DNA of 64,000 nt from Eledone cirrhosa (GCA_964016885.1 OZ024740.1:284022001-284086000), one strand, 5' to 3'; counted from the first letter of the stretch, positions 37,521 to 50,436 are shown. The notes: generated by a model from the sequence alone, not told the origin. Program-made: numbers and translations.

Positions 37521-39080
37521 TAAATGAGGACATAAGGAGAAATCCTAGAAAATAGGATAAATTTATGATAATCATTTAAAAATGATGTAATAATCATACT
37601 TAAATAACAGTGTAATTATTGTAAACTTACTTATTATTAGATGTAGAGTTAAAATTATATAATTAGTAGAGTTAAAATTATATAATGTGTGATTATATAA
37701 AAGTGTCAGAATAATTATTTTATCTTGGTTGTCAAGTTCCAGAAAGGTCATAAATTTGTATGGAAGAGAGTATTGTCAACTGAATTTACTACAGATGATG
37801 CTTGGTACATATTTTATACAATTATGTATGTCTAAAAGGTAAAGTCACTCAAAACAGAGGAATGGAAAAATACTGTGTTTTATTAGGGCAAGAGAAAAAA
37901 TAGAAACCTTAGGAAATTACTGATGGTCTGCCAGGGGTAGTGGTATAGTTAATTGAATCATTTATAGCATATTAATATAATTTCATTGGATCTGGAGAGA
38001 TAAAATGCAAAATGTGATAACAATGAGGACAACGATTTTTTTCCCAATAGGCAGAAGGTCAGAAGCTGTTTGTTAACACCGAACCTGCCATGATTGAGTA
38101 GACCTATGATCAAAGTGATCATCCTTTTTTTTTTTCTCTTCTTTCCGTGAATAATATACCATGAACTTGTATTATCTAAGGCGTTCTTTTTTTAAAGATA
38201 TTTACAAAATTTGGGAGTCAATAGAACAGTGGACTGAATTCTTAGAGCATCAAATGAAATGCCTTGCAGTATTTCTTTGGGCCATTTGTGTTCTTGTCTT
38301 ATTGATTTAATCAGTCATCCAAATTAACAGCACCACATAACCTTTGAGTATTTTTAGCAGATTCGCTCTATTGTAAGAATTTGGGCTAGGTCTCCAGTTT
38401 CAGGATACGTTCCTCCTTTCCTCATAACAGGGTTGGCGAGGCCATGAAAAGTAAACTCAATATCCCCCAAAATATTCAACTTAAAAAAAAATGTCTTACT
38501 GGAAACAACCCATGTAATAGAGAGAAATTGCAATGGAAAAAGGAATTGAATGGTTTGTTGAAAGAAATCTGTGACTCAGAAGAATTAAAGGTTATGAAGT
38601 ATACAGACAAAAACTTTACAGAGTAGAACATCTTCACAAGATTAATTAAAAACAAATGTTCAATTATGGTTAAGCTGTCACTTATATTTCTAGAAAAAAT
38701 TGACCCATCATACACATGCAACAACATATGATAGAAACAAGAACTTAGAGGAAATTTAGAGGAATGGAAAATGATATTAGACTAGTGCAATCTGCACCAG
38801 ATAAAAGAAAGGAACTGTTCATCTGCTGTTTGGATGTAAAATACAAGCTGGGATTGATTAGGTTAAAAGAAAATGTTAAAATATATACAGATGACCTAAG
38901 AAAAAAACTTGGGCAAAGGAAAATAGATTAGTTGGAAAAAATTAGGTGTGGTATAAATATATTTTGGTGGTGGGTTTTATGCATATATGTAAATGTACAA
39001 GAGAAAGATCCTGTTTATATTTCTAGTTATGCCTATCCTTTATGTGTATATCTATATAGATGGTAGAATATATATATGTG

Positions 39081-39282
39081 TATATAGAAATGACTTCTAC
39101 AGGACTAAAACTGTTTCATCCGTATAAAATCATCAGGAATTGAGTACCTTTTTTAACTGTGGTTAACACCACTTGGGAACCTACATATTATCTAGCAACC
39201 AACAGGGCCCTTTACAAAGGACATTCCTGATGATTTCATACAAATAAAACGGTTTTAGTCTTGTAGAAGACATTTATATATA
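39081..39282. repeat. Fold-back with about 60 bp arms carrying a degenerate hammerhead core
   Basis: Arms 39081-39140 / 39223-39282; CTGATGA at 39227-39233 (+) and 39130-39136 (-), with GAAAC on the minus copy. Confidence 0.75.
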
Positions 39283-40219
39283 TAAGAAAGATGCCTATAC
39301 ACTATCTATCAACACATTGAGCACTTTCTTTAATTGTGGTTACCTTACTGACACCACTCAGGAACCTATATATATATATATGTGTGTGTGTGTGTAGAAA
39401 ATATCTGTAGGTGTGAAAAAGGAAAACAGTGCTCTATCGGGCAGAGAGCTGATATATTATATTATTTATTTATGTTCATACACGGAACAAAAGCACTACT
39501 TATGGTTTCAAGGCCCAATATTGACCATATCTCCAGATTGTAAGGGGGATCAAAATTGTGACCTAATCTTCAGGTGGTTATATGAGTTTTTAAGATTCTG
39601 TTAAAAGTATAGTGTGCTTAAAATGCTACTTTATGGAAAACATATTATAACAAAGGGAAATTACTCCAAGATGTAAATTTGAAATAGCTAAGTTGTACAC
39701 ATGTTAGTATCCATGCACTATAGCAGATATATGATATTATGGTGGTATGTAATATAGAGATGGTATTATTTATTAAGGTATGGAGTATAGTAGCATAGAA
39801 GGTATATTGTATTATGTAAGTGTGGAAAAAGAAAGGGAAAGAAAAGTTATTAAGAAGGTATTAGCACTGAGTTAGTTCTAACTATAACATGAGCCACAAA
39901 GAAAAATCCTCTCCAACATTTTCCAAGGTTCCTATCAGACCCTTTGATGATGGATAGTACATCCAAAATATAAGTATCTAATAAATATTTCCATGGTAAC
40001 ATTATCTCTAGCTCGTTATTTTTTTCCCTCCTCTTCTCCACTCAACTTCACCTGTTTCTTCACCAAATTTTGTTACCTTAATATTTACAACACCATCTAC
40101 ATTGTAGCAGCTTCCAAAACAGATCCAATTTTCATGTTCTACAATGCTTCCAGCAAACTATCATAGAACATTCTCATATATATAAACAGACTAGCCATAC
40201 AATTGCAATAGAAGTTCCT

Positions 40220-40940
40220 AAGATTTTGTGGATCTAAAGAAGGCCTTTGACAGAATACCAAGATCTGTTATATGGTAATCCTTAAGGATATTTGGGGGTA
40301 GATGAGTGGCTTGTAAGAGCAGTGCAAGCTAAGTACACAGGTGCAGTCAGTAAAATGAGAGTAGGTAATGAGTTTAGTGAGGAATTCAATGAGCAGGTAG
40401 GTGTCCATGAAGGCTCAGTCCTCAGTCCCATTCCTGTGTATTATAGTTCTCCAGACCATAACAGAGGAGTTTAGGATCAGATGTCTATGGGAACTTCAGT
40501 ATGCTGACAACCTGGTTCTTAGTACTGAATCTGTGGCAGAGCTATAGAAGAAATTCTAGACCAAAGTCTTAGTAAGTAGGAAAGAAGACAGGACTCTGGC
40601 TCCAGCAGGGAAATGGCTATGCTCAATAATTAGAAAAGGAGTAGGTGGGAACGTTATACAATGTACACAATGTAAAACTTGGGCACACAAGAGATGTAGT
40701 GGGATTATAGGCAAACAAATAGAAAGATAGACTTTGTATATAGAATATTCACAGGGGTAGTTAGTAGTAAGAACCCCAGTGTAATAAACTTTCTTCAATC
40801 GTGGGAAAGCTTCACAGAAGTAGCTGATAGCTGCTGTTACCTAGGCGACCAAATTAGCAGAGGAGGAAGTTGTTCTGAAAGTATAGTAGCTAGACTAAAA
40901 ACAGGCTGGGAAATGTTCAGTGAGCCTTTGCAGTTGGTAT
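40220..40940 (+). mobile_element. RTE LINE reverse-transcriptase fragment (decayed)
   Basis: FVDLKKAFDRIP, GVDEWLVRAVQ, GVHEGSVLSP, with frameshifts. Confidence 0.88.
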
Positions 40941-42294
40941 GATAAAGGATAAAAATCCCATAATTCCTTGTGGAGTTGTAGAGGCACCGTCATACAGCGT
41001 TTCCAGGGCACTTTTTAAACCTGACGAAGCCTAACCCTCTCCAGGTCTGACCATAGTAGATTTCTTCTATAGAGGAAGAATCGACCCCAGTACTGGATTG
41101 GTACTTTTTTATCAACCTTGAAAGGATGAAAGGCAAAGTTAACCTCGGCGGGATTTGAACTCAGAGCACGCAATGAGATGGAATACCGTAAAGCATTCTA
41201 TCCAACGTGTTAACGACTCTGCCAAGGAAAAATATATAGAGATACAGAAAAGTATATTGTGTAAAAGTGAAATAATGCTGAAAAAGATAGTGCTAGAATA
41301 ATCAAAATAAACTAGAGAAACCTCTGTCTCAAAGGACTAACACATTTCTGGTGGCCTTGTGTTTTGATCCAATACTAGAAATTACAACAGTTATACACAT
41401 TGAAGACAAATTACAGATAATTATAATGGAATCTTAGATAAGCTGATAGTGAACCAGTATTTATGTAAATAGCATCCCTAGTGTTATATATTTATGGTAT
41501 AAGATAATATATAACCACCATATAAATATACAATGTTGCCTCTATGTGGTCATTTGAAGTGTTAAATATAGAGGAAAAATGTCCCTCAAATGACACTTGA
41601 CCAAAGGATAAATAATGCACCTAGAATTTCATTATACTTCAACTGAAATTAAAGTGGATGGTCATAACTGGAATACCTCTAAACATAGGGGTCAGCTCAA
41701 TCAAAACTGTTATCACAGTAAATATTCCTTCAAAACTTCCATGCTTCCCAAAATCTGCAACACTACGCTTGATATTCCCTCTCCATACACATGCATGTGT
41801 GTGTATGTGTGTATGTCACTTTCCTGACATTTGTACATTATTCTATGTACTATACATGCACATTTGATGAGTTGTAGTGCACCTGAGCACTGTACACAAT
41901 AATTTTCATTATTATTTTTATATTTTAAATAATAACTCTTTAGCAATTAAACAAAAGACGAATATATATTCATCTTTTAATAAACATATTTTGTAAACAG
42001 ACCAAAAATGATTGTGAAATCTAAGTGTAGAGATCTGGAGAGCAGTTGTAACCAATAAAGTCATCCACTTAAGCATAGTTTTGTCATTGTAAACCATGTT
42101 TTCTTAAAATGGGATGAGTTGAATATATATGCATAATAGATTATTGTTGTATGTATCCTGGAACTTTTTGCTAATGAAATTATGTGCCATAATGTTATTA
42201 GCTAGCACTCCCTTAGACCCCACCATTCAGAGAGAATATCACCATTATTTAAAAAAACTTAGATCTATGAAAAAATAAACATTATATATATATA

Positions 42295-43126
42295 CAAGGT
42301 GTGGACGATATTTGTTCGCAATTTTCAACTGCTAATTTTATGCAAATTATTTTTACTTCCATTGTCACTCTTGTCTTCATAAAAACAGTAACTATATTTC
42401 CATTATTTATTTTCAGAATAATTGATTATGAATAATTTTGAACCTCCAAATGGAATCCGCACCGGGAGGACAAATAAAGACCAGAAGATCAATTCCCAGA
42501 ACAACAGGTGGCTCGCTGTCTCATCCAAAGACGTCCCCAGAGTCATGCAGACAAAGTTTCCAGCGACAACATTGGTCTTAGGTGTAGTCATGCCACCTCA
42601 CTTCTTCCCCGAGGGCCTCAAGCTGAACACCGATGGCTACATCCATGTTCTGAGTGAGGTAGTATATCCCTGGATCGACCAGGTAGCTGCAGGTAGGCTG
42701 TACGTGTGGCAGCAAGACTCAGCGCCCTGCCATACCAGCCGAAAGACCCAAGCCTGGCTGTCAGAGAACTTCGTCGACCACACTTCACCTGACATCTGGC
42801 TTCACAGCTCGCCTGACTGCAACCCCCTTGACTTCTTTGTGTGGGCACAGTGGAACGAGACACTAACAGATCTAGCTGCAATACAAAAGACGATCTGAAG
42901 GCCAGGATCACAAGTGCCTTTAGGGCCTAAGTCGGGGGACAGTGACGAAGGCCTGTAGCCGATTCCGAGGCCGTCATCAAAGCCAATGGCGGGTTTATCG
43001 AGTGAGATTGAAAGAACAAGTCATGAAGACAAACTGACCCAAGTTTGATATATATATCTTAAAAAATAAAACTACTGTGTTATTTTTTTCTAGACAGTAA
43101 TCTTGCAGACAAATATCGTTCGCACC

Positions 43127-43129
<3 letters not shown>
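42295..43129 (+). mobile_element. Internally deleted Tc1/mariner-superfamily transposon, DD37D (maT) type
   Basis: Imperfect TIRs CAAGGTGTGGACGATATTTGT / ACAAATATCGTTCGCACCCTG flanked by TA. ORF 42422-42898 has WQQDSAPCH..SSPDCNPLD with 37 residues between the second and third catalytic D. Confidence 0.9.
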
Positions 43130-43163
<34 letters not shown>

Positions 43164-43170
<7 letters not shown>

Positions 43171-43487
43171 AATTCGAAGTTGAAAAGCCATGACAATGCA
43201 GGTTTGGACAGAGAAAAATTTTAAATGTAAGAAACAGGGTTTGTTTTTTTACCTTAATTTATTCATGTCCTGATATTTCGAGATTAATATCTCTTCTGTC
43301 GAGGAAATTAAAGGAACTATTCCAGTGTCCGATGTGGCTTCCTCGACAGAAAAGATATTAGTCTCGGAATATCAGGACATATGAATATATTAAGGCAAAA
43401 AAAAAAACAAATCCTGTTTCTTACGTTTGAAATTTTTCTCCGTCCAAACCTGCATTGTCATGGCTTTCCAACTTCAAATTCTTTATA
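43164..43487. repeat. Fold-back with about 145 bp arms
   Basis: Arms 43164-43306 / 43339-43487, next to a (TA)n tract. Confidence 0.9.
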
Positions 43488-43532
43488 CCATATACAATGC
43501 TTCAAGTAAACTACAAATTCATATATATATAT

Positions 43533-43915
43533 GGAGGCACATGGCTTAGTGGTTAGAGCATTGGCTTTGCAATCGAAAGGTTGTGAGTTCAATTCTCAGA
43601 CCGGGTGATGTGTTGTTTCCTTGGGCAAGACACTTTATTTCACATTGCTCCAGTTTACTCAGCTGTAGAAATGAGATGATAGGACTGGGGTCCATATCAT
43701 TCCACTGCAAAGTGGACGTGGAGGTGCCACGGTAAAAAAGCACCCAGCCCACACTGTAAAGTGGACGTGTAGGTGCCACGGCAAAAAAGCACCCAGCACT
43801 CACTGTAAATGAGGTTGGTGTTAGGAAGGGCATCCAGCTGTAGAAATCAAGCCAGAATCAGTTCCCGTCCCACCCTTGCAAGAAGGGAAAAAGCAGACGT
43901 AAAATGAAAATGATG
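43533..43915 (+). mobile_element. CORE-type SINE copy with about 50 nt internal duplication
   Basis: Same family as 18103-18434; the AAAGTGGACGTG..AAGCACCCAGC block is duplicated. Confidence 0.9.
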
Positions 43916-43926
43916 ATATATATATA

Positions 43927-44438
43927 AAACAAATTAATTGAAGATATATATATGTTTATACACAAGTATAGACATACACATGAGGGAGTCCAACCAATAC
44001 CGGTTTTGCTCAATATAAGAATTAATAAAAATCGATTTATCAAAGCATAATAAAATATTTGGGAAAAGCAAACAAGATAAGAAAGAGATGTTTACCCATT
44101 TACTTCAATGTCCCGACTGCAGTTTCACTGAGTAATAACAGTAACCTGAGTATTTGAGCATTGTGAGAAATCTCAGCTCTTCAGGGAACTTCTCAATTAT
44201 GAAAAATTCTTCTGAGTTATTTGCTACCAGCGATAATTTCAAATGGAAGAATTATCACATGATTAACAGTCAACAGAAGGGTAACAGTAGGTGGACAAAT
44301 GGCGGGTAATGGGCTGCTAGGAAAAGTAGTCTAATTCAGCCAAATTTTATACTCTACCATAGGGGAGTAATTAACAAATAAATTGAAGATACATATATAT
44401 TTTTTTACACAAGTATAGACATATGAGGGAGTCCAACC
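43927..44438 (-). mobile_element. Hammerhead-bearing monomer with terminal direct repeats (retrozyme-like)
   Basis: About 65-70 nt direct repeats (43927-43996 and 44373-44438, ..ACACAAGTATAGACAT..TGAGGGAGTCCAACCA), an internal hammerhead, and (TA)n on both sides. Confidence 0.65.
44110..44189 (-). ncRNA. Type I hammerhead ribozyme motif with palindromic helix III
   Basis: Minus strand reads GTTCC CTGAAGA GCTGAG..CTCAGT GAAA CTGCA GTC GGGAC. Helix I is 5 bp, helix II 6 bp, and ACTGCAGT is self-complementary. Confidence 0.85.
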
Positions 44439-44603
44439 ATATATATATCTTAGATCTATGAAAACAACATATGTGGTTTTTGAAATTATATAAATTTGTG
44501 TTTCTTATATATATATATATATATATGTATATAAATATAGAGGTAGAACACTGGAAGGTAATATCTGTAGTGGTAGAGCACTCAGTCCATGGGACGAGTT
44601 AGG

Positions 44604-44732
44604 TAGAAGTGGTTACACAACAGTTAGTTCACCATACCGAGAACAATTGTTTCACCTTTACGAGCTGAGGATCCGCTAAGGTGAAACAATTGTTCTCGGT
44701 ATGGTGAACTAACTGTTGTGTAACCACTTCTA
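44604..44732. repeat. Fold-back with 55 bp arms around a hammerhead core
   Basis: Arms 44604-44658 and 44678-44732 are reverse complements; TA tract adjacent. Confidence 0.9.
44661..44698 (+). ncRNA. Minimal type I hammerhead motif at the centre of a fold-back element
   Basis: CGAG CTGAGGA T CC GCTAA GG T GAAA CAATT GTT CTCG. Helix I is 4 bp, helix II very short, helix III is the palindrome AACAATTGTT. Confidence 0.7.
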
Positions 44733-44747
44733 TATATAAATATATAT

Positions 44748-45236
44748 ATAATTCAATATAATAAAGAGAGATAAACACCGATATATACACATCTGTGTTT
44801 AGATTATAAGGGACCAGATTTGCTAGGGTGAATAGTATACTAACTATAAAGAATTAGTAGACCTTTCACATTCTAGGTTTCTTAGAAGACTAAATGAAAT
44901 GCGCATTTAGAATAACTACTATTTTAAATGTGGGTTTCATTTAGTCTTCTAGGAAACCTAGAATGTGAAGAGTCTACTAATCCGTACATCCACTGAAGAG
45001 CAGAAGAATTGGTAATTCCCTTCAATTGATGCGAAACAGTTTACCAAATACTGTCTGGATGTTCGATAGTTATCACAATCGGTTTATTTTTTCCTTAATT
45101 TCTTCTTTTAATCGAGTCTGGCAGACCGCTTTGTTTATAGTTAGTATACTATTCACCCTAGCAAATCTGGTCCCTTATAATCTGAACACAGATGTGTATA
45201 TATCTGTGTTTATCTCTCTTTATATTGAATTATATT
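44748..45236. mobile_element. Nested inverted-repeat element containing the canonical hammerhead
   Basis: Outer arms about 44748-44848 / 45135-45236; inner arms about 44853-44899 / 44936-44981; hammerhead at 44986-45062. Confidence 0.7.
44986..45062 (+). ncRNA. Type I hammerhead ribozyme motif, full canonical core
   Basis: Helix I ACATCCA/TGGATGT (7 bp); CTGAAGA at 44993-44999; helix II GCA/TGC with an extended insert; GAAA at 45033-45036; helix III ACAGT/ACTGT; GTC cleavage triplet at 45053-45055. Confidence 0.85.
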
Positions 45237-45621
45237 ATACGGCCCGAAAAATGTTTTCCTTGAGCTATTTTTAATTGTAAGGGACCTTACTGAGTTTCTA
45301 ACTCAATATCATCATCATCGTTCAACGTCCATCTTCCACGCTAGCATTTGAAAAATATATATATATATATGTATATTTATGTATATATATGTATATATAT
45401 CATCATCGTTTAACATCCATTTTGCACGTTAGCATGGGTTGGACAGGTTGTCCCATTAAAGGCAAGATGGGTCAGGTGACCATGTCTTGCTCATATAGGA
45501 CTGTTTCTGGCTAGATTTCTATAGCTGGCTAATCTCCCTAACACCAATCACATTTACAGTATGTGCTGGGTGCTTTTTGTCAAGACTCCTACACAACCAC
45601 TTTGCTTTTTTTCATAAATAT

Positions 45622-45930
45622 TATAAAATAATAATGAAATTATTGTGTAAAGTGCTCAGGTGCACTACAACTCGTCAAAGGTGTATGTATAGTACATAGA
45701 ATAATACACAAATGTCAGGGAAGTACATGTGTGTATGTGTTAGCTGTAGTGTTGGCAGATCTCGGGAAGCATGGAGGCCTTAAAGGATGCAGTGTCTCGA
45801 CAGCTAACAACTGATGCAGGTAGTTTGTTCCATGCTTCAGCAACTCTGAGCGTGAAAAAATGTTTCAGAAAGTCATGGGAGCTGTGCTGTTTTCTTACTT
45901 TGTGGGCATGTCCACGTGTTAGACACATGG
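45622..45930 (-). mobile_element. CR1-type LINE 3' end
   Basis: TRGHAHKVRKQ..FFTLRVAEAWNKLPASVV..FK. Its 3' UTR recurs at about 240-330, 31610-31805 and 41740-41915. Confidence 0.85.
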
Positions 45931-47421
45931 AAATCAAAATAGTTAAAATAGTGGGTTTTTTTCTATTCTCTCTGAATGGTGGGGTCTAAGCGAGTGTTAA
46001 TCAATAACATTGTGGCACATAATTTCATTTTCAAAAAGTTCCAGGATACATACAACAATAATCTATTATGCATATATATTCAACTCATCCCATTTCAAAT
46101 AAACATGGTCTACATTGAGGGTTATGATAATGACAAAATTATACTGCTTAAGTGAATGACATCTCTCTCTCTCTCTATGTATATATATATATATATGCAT
46201 ATAAGGGAGGTGGAGCTAGTATGCACCAGTGGATGTGTGGTGATGGTATGCATGAGCGATGTGGCATGGCTGAGCAAAGTGAGGGACTGTGTGTGGGAGA
46301 AATCTCATGTAGAGTGCAAGAGGAAAGACTGTGATGGTATGAACATGTGATGTGTTAAGTGCAGAGAAATCTCAGTGTGTGGGATCATGGAGTTGTATTT
46401 TCTCACCCCTTCCCCCTTTCTTCCCTCTTCCACATCACCCCAGAGTATCTCACCACACATGTCATATACCAATGATACTACACTTGTTATACACCCATGA
46501 CATTATACTGTCCCCACCCCACCTATTGTCAGATACACATGGTATCTTATCATCCCTCTTACCTCCCTATAGGGAACAGAGGGTTCTTTAGTCCTGTCAA
46601 TGACCAATGACTTAACTAGTGCTGGTGCCACAATAAAATGCACTGAGTGCACTTTGTAAAAGGGTTAATTTTAAGAAGAGCTTTCAGCCATAGAAATCAT
46701 GTGAAAAAGGAATGAAAGAACTCTTCAGTAATGGTAACCTCTCTAGTGCTGGTGCCACAAAAATGTCCCCCAAAAAGTTGAAAGCAGTTCAGTTGTTTTG
46801 AGGACATGACAAGCAGTGTTGGTAACAATAAAATGTACCCAGTAGAGGTTGTGTATAAGAAGAACATACAGCCACAAAAAACTTACCAAGTAAAAAGTAG
46901 AGAGGATTCTTCAGCTGTGTCAAAGACATGATGCTCTACCTACTGCTAGTGCCGTGATGAAATACACAGTGCACTCTGCAGAGTTCAGGAATGAATGTGA
47001 GATGTGGCTCCCGGCCCATTTCAGAGATCAGTGGCTCCCATTATGACAACTCGTCCAACCTTAACTAGCAAGGAAATTGGATATTATCATTGTTTAATGT
47101 CCAATTTCCATGCTTGCATATGGATTAGACAGGTTGTCACCTTATGAGACAACTCAAGTGAGGAGACTACGTCTTGCTTATATGGATCTGTATTTTGGGA
47201 TGTTTTCTATGATTGAATGCCCTTCCTAACACCAACCCCATTACAGTGTTGACTAGAGGCTTTTGTTTTGTCACCAGCACTACCACTTTATAAGGGTTGA
47301 CCAAGATCTTTTAGCCATTTCCGTAGTATTGTGGGAGAGCATGTCTAGCTTTCCATGCTTCTATATATATATGTTGGAAAGTGTGTGAAATCCTTGGCAC
47401 AATTAGGTATATTTAAAAAAA

Positions 47422-47651
47422 GGAAAAGAATGACTTGACTTGTAGTTCTAAACAATTTAATTTAATTTTATAATTGTTTCTACTTTAGGCACAAGGCCAG
47501 CAATTACCCAGTGCATTACTTTATTTTAATTTTATAATGTCATGATTTTACAATTTGCTTTGGTAGATCTCTACCAAAGCAAATTGTAAAATTATAATAT
47601 TATAAAATTAAATTAAATTGTTTAGAACTACAAGTGAAGTCATTATTTTCC
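47422..47651. repeat. Fold-back element interrupted by a SINE fragment
   Basis: Outer arms ACTTGTAGTTCTAAACAATTTAA / TTAAATTGTTTAGAACTACAAGT; inner 23 bp hairpin at 47545-47592; SINE tail at about 47474-47520 with duplicated TTTAATTTTATAAT. Confidence 0.8.
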
Positions 47652-50239
47652 CTTTTATATATATATATATATATAAATACACACACACATATATATTGAT
47701 AGTCAGCAGTATCGGGAAAAGGTAACCAAGCTTGTGGTCGATCCTCTTCTTCTATTAATATATATATAAATATATATATATACATCCATTTATAGTGGCT
47801 AGACCATGATAAGTTAAAAATAAAAATATTCTTTACTAAATCATAAATAATTATATTGGTTAATTTCTAGCATGCAGTAGGCCTGTCTGTTGAATCTTTG
47901 CTGAACTTTATTTATCACGTGTAATTCTAAACTTCAGAAATTGAGAGATGGATATAGTTTGATGCAATATGCTACACAATAAAATAATGCTGCTGTGAGC
48001 AATGTAATGTGCATGCAAAGATTTCTATGTGAAATAAATAACATGAAAGTGGAAAATATTCCATGTAGCTGTTTGTAGGTAGTCATATTAGACCTTATTG
48101 TTATCACAATTATTATGCTTCTTTACATTATCACACGTAAGAGGTGATCTACAAGGAGGTAGATATGTTTTTATTCTTGTGAATATTAGAAAACTATATT
48201 GCCAACAGCAAGCATAAAGTTAATATAAAGCAAATCAACACCAGGAGTTTAATGCTCTGTAGTAAAAGTATAAAATGCATTGAAACAGCATACGGTCAAT
48301 GTAAGTTTTTGTGATTTGATGTTAGTCTAGCTAACGTGTGATTTTAAAGTGGCAATTCTTTTCAGTGGAATACATCTATATGTACAACATAAAAGGTGAG
48401 ACTATAAGAATAATACCAGGATATTATTTCTTTATAATAGTGCAGCAGGAGGATTGATTGGTAAGCATTAATTAATTGGCACTAAGAAATTATGGAAATA
48501 AAAGTCTACATGGTTACACATACACTTTGCATGTATTAAGTTGTACTTCTCTTAAGAATTGCCATCTTCTGTATTATAAAAATGATCATCCAAATATAAA
48601 GTTGCTTGACCTGTATTTGAAACACACAAATTTAGAAGATGCTTTTGAATTAAGCATACAAATCAAAAGAAGGTATAAATAGTTTATATACTAATAAACA
48701 AAAATGTCAAAAATATATTTTTTTTAATTAAACAAGTCAAAAGGTTTTATCACAAGATTCTAATTTTGATTTTTACCTCCAGAATATTAAATTTATAATA
48801 AATACAAAATATATCAATTAGTAGAAACAAGGAATAACTATATCCTAATAATACCTTACACCAATGTTAAAAACAAATGAAATCAGAAATGTTAAAATAA
48901 TAAGTGCAACTGAAAATTTATTCCTTTTTATTGGAAATACTTTCTTTCTTTTTTTGTACTATAAACTACAGAATAATTTACTTCTCTTTAATTAAAGATA
49001 GTATTTTATATTAGCTTTACAATGAGGACTCCATTGTATGTAGTGGGTGAAAAAGGAAATTAAATATCTGATTTATAACAAAAGACATCACAACAGTTTT
49101 CAATTGTAATTTGAAAGTTAATTTACAAAAAGGTTAGACAAGCTTTTCATATTAAAATCCTAGAGTGCTCTAATGAAGCTGGAAACTAGAAATGTAAGCA
49201 TCAAATGATTGAAAATATTTATAACAGACTGAATTTTTCCAGCTAATCCATTTTGCTTTGCCCAAGCTTTTACTATTAAGTTCATCTATGTATTTTAACA
49301 TGACTTTTAATATAATCAATCCAAGTTACACACACAAAATTACTAAATAACGATTTAGGTAGGTTGCTATCAATTTCATTGGGAGTTAGAAATTACTTGG
49401 TGTTAAAATCTCAAGTACTGACTGAGTTATAAACCCTACATCAAACTCTATCCTTTTTCAAGCAAACCAGAAACAATGTGTGAATTCTAATGGGACACTA
49501 CATTGAATAACAGGATTGATTAACCATGTAGTTAGAGCTGGGATATGATTTTAACTTCCGATAATGCCTAATGGTAGTCACCGTAAATCAACATGTATAC
49601 AGAGCTTTCTTACCACTTGACTATATAATGCCATATAGATATATATACTGTTGATTCTGGTTTTAATCAATAAGCAATTAGTTTACTTTAGTAAGAGTGT
49701 TTGTCATTAGGTGAGTGATGTTTTATGGATCAATTGTGCATAATATAGTTTGTTTTCAGTTATTATTTGTTGGGGTTATATGGTTGGAGTTTGTTAGTAG
49801 GTGGTTGTTCTGATTCTGTGTAAGTGCAATACTAATAATTATTTCTACTTTTGGCACAAGGCCAGCAATTATCCCAGTGTATTACTGGTACTTTATTTTA
49901 TCGACCCCGTAAGGATGAAAGGCAAAGTCAACCTCAGCGATACTAATAATGAAATTGAGTAGTGATCACTACAGATATAAAGAAACTAGATAATATGGCA
50001 GCTGTAGTCTGATGAAGTTCATTAAAAAAAGTTAGCTTCTTTAACAGCAGTTAAATACCCAGAAATGACTGTCAGGGTGTTCTCTCTTGATTGTTAAAGA
50101 CTTATGGTGAATTAATCAACACTTCTACAATTCATAGCAAGGCTATAGAAATGTTTATATGCAGGAACATTTGATAAATGATCCAATATACAGCCCCAGT
50201 CAACACAGACACATATACATACATATATATATATACATA

Positions 50240-50436
50240 TAGGAAAAGAGTTAGGACCCTGACAACAGAGCTCAAGCCGTTTCGATGGCTATTTCTGGAC
50301 TCAAATAGCCGTCGAAATTGCTTGAGCTCTGCCGTCGGGGTCCTGACTCTTTTCCTATTACCCACTCTACTACTCAAAGTATTGAGTACTCTGGTGCGTT
50401 ATGGTCCACCTGGTTCCTTACCACACTTCCTTCGTT
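50240..50436. repeat. Fold-back element, same family as 59657-59846
   Basis: Hairpin 50240-50357 plus a shared right-hand extension (GTATTGAGTACTCTGGTGCGTTATGGTCCA), bounded by TA tracts. Confidence 0.85.

Noticed and set aside
40010-40160. Minus-strand open frame FAGSIVEHENWICFGSCYNVDG.. after an AG
   Set aside because: No resemblance to MCTP C2A and no pyrimidine tract before the AG.
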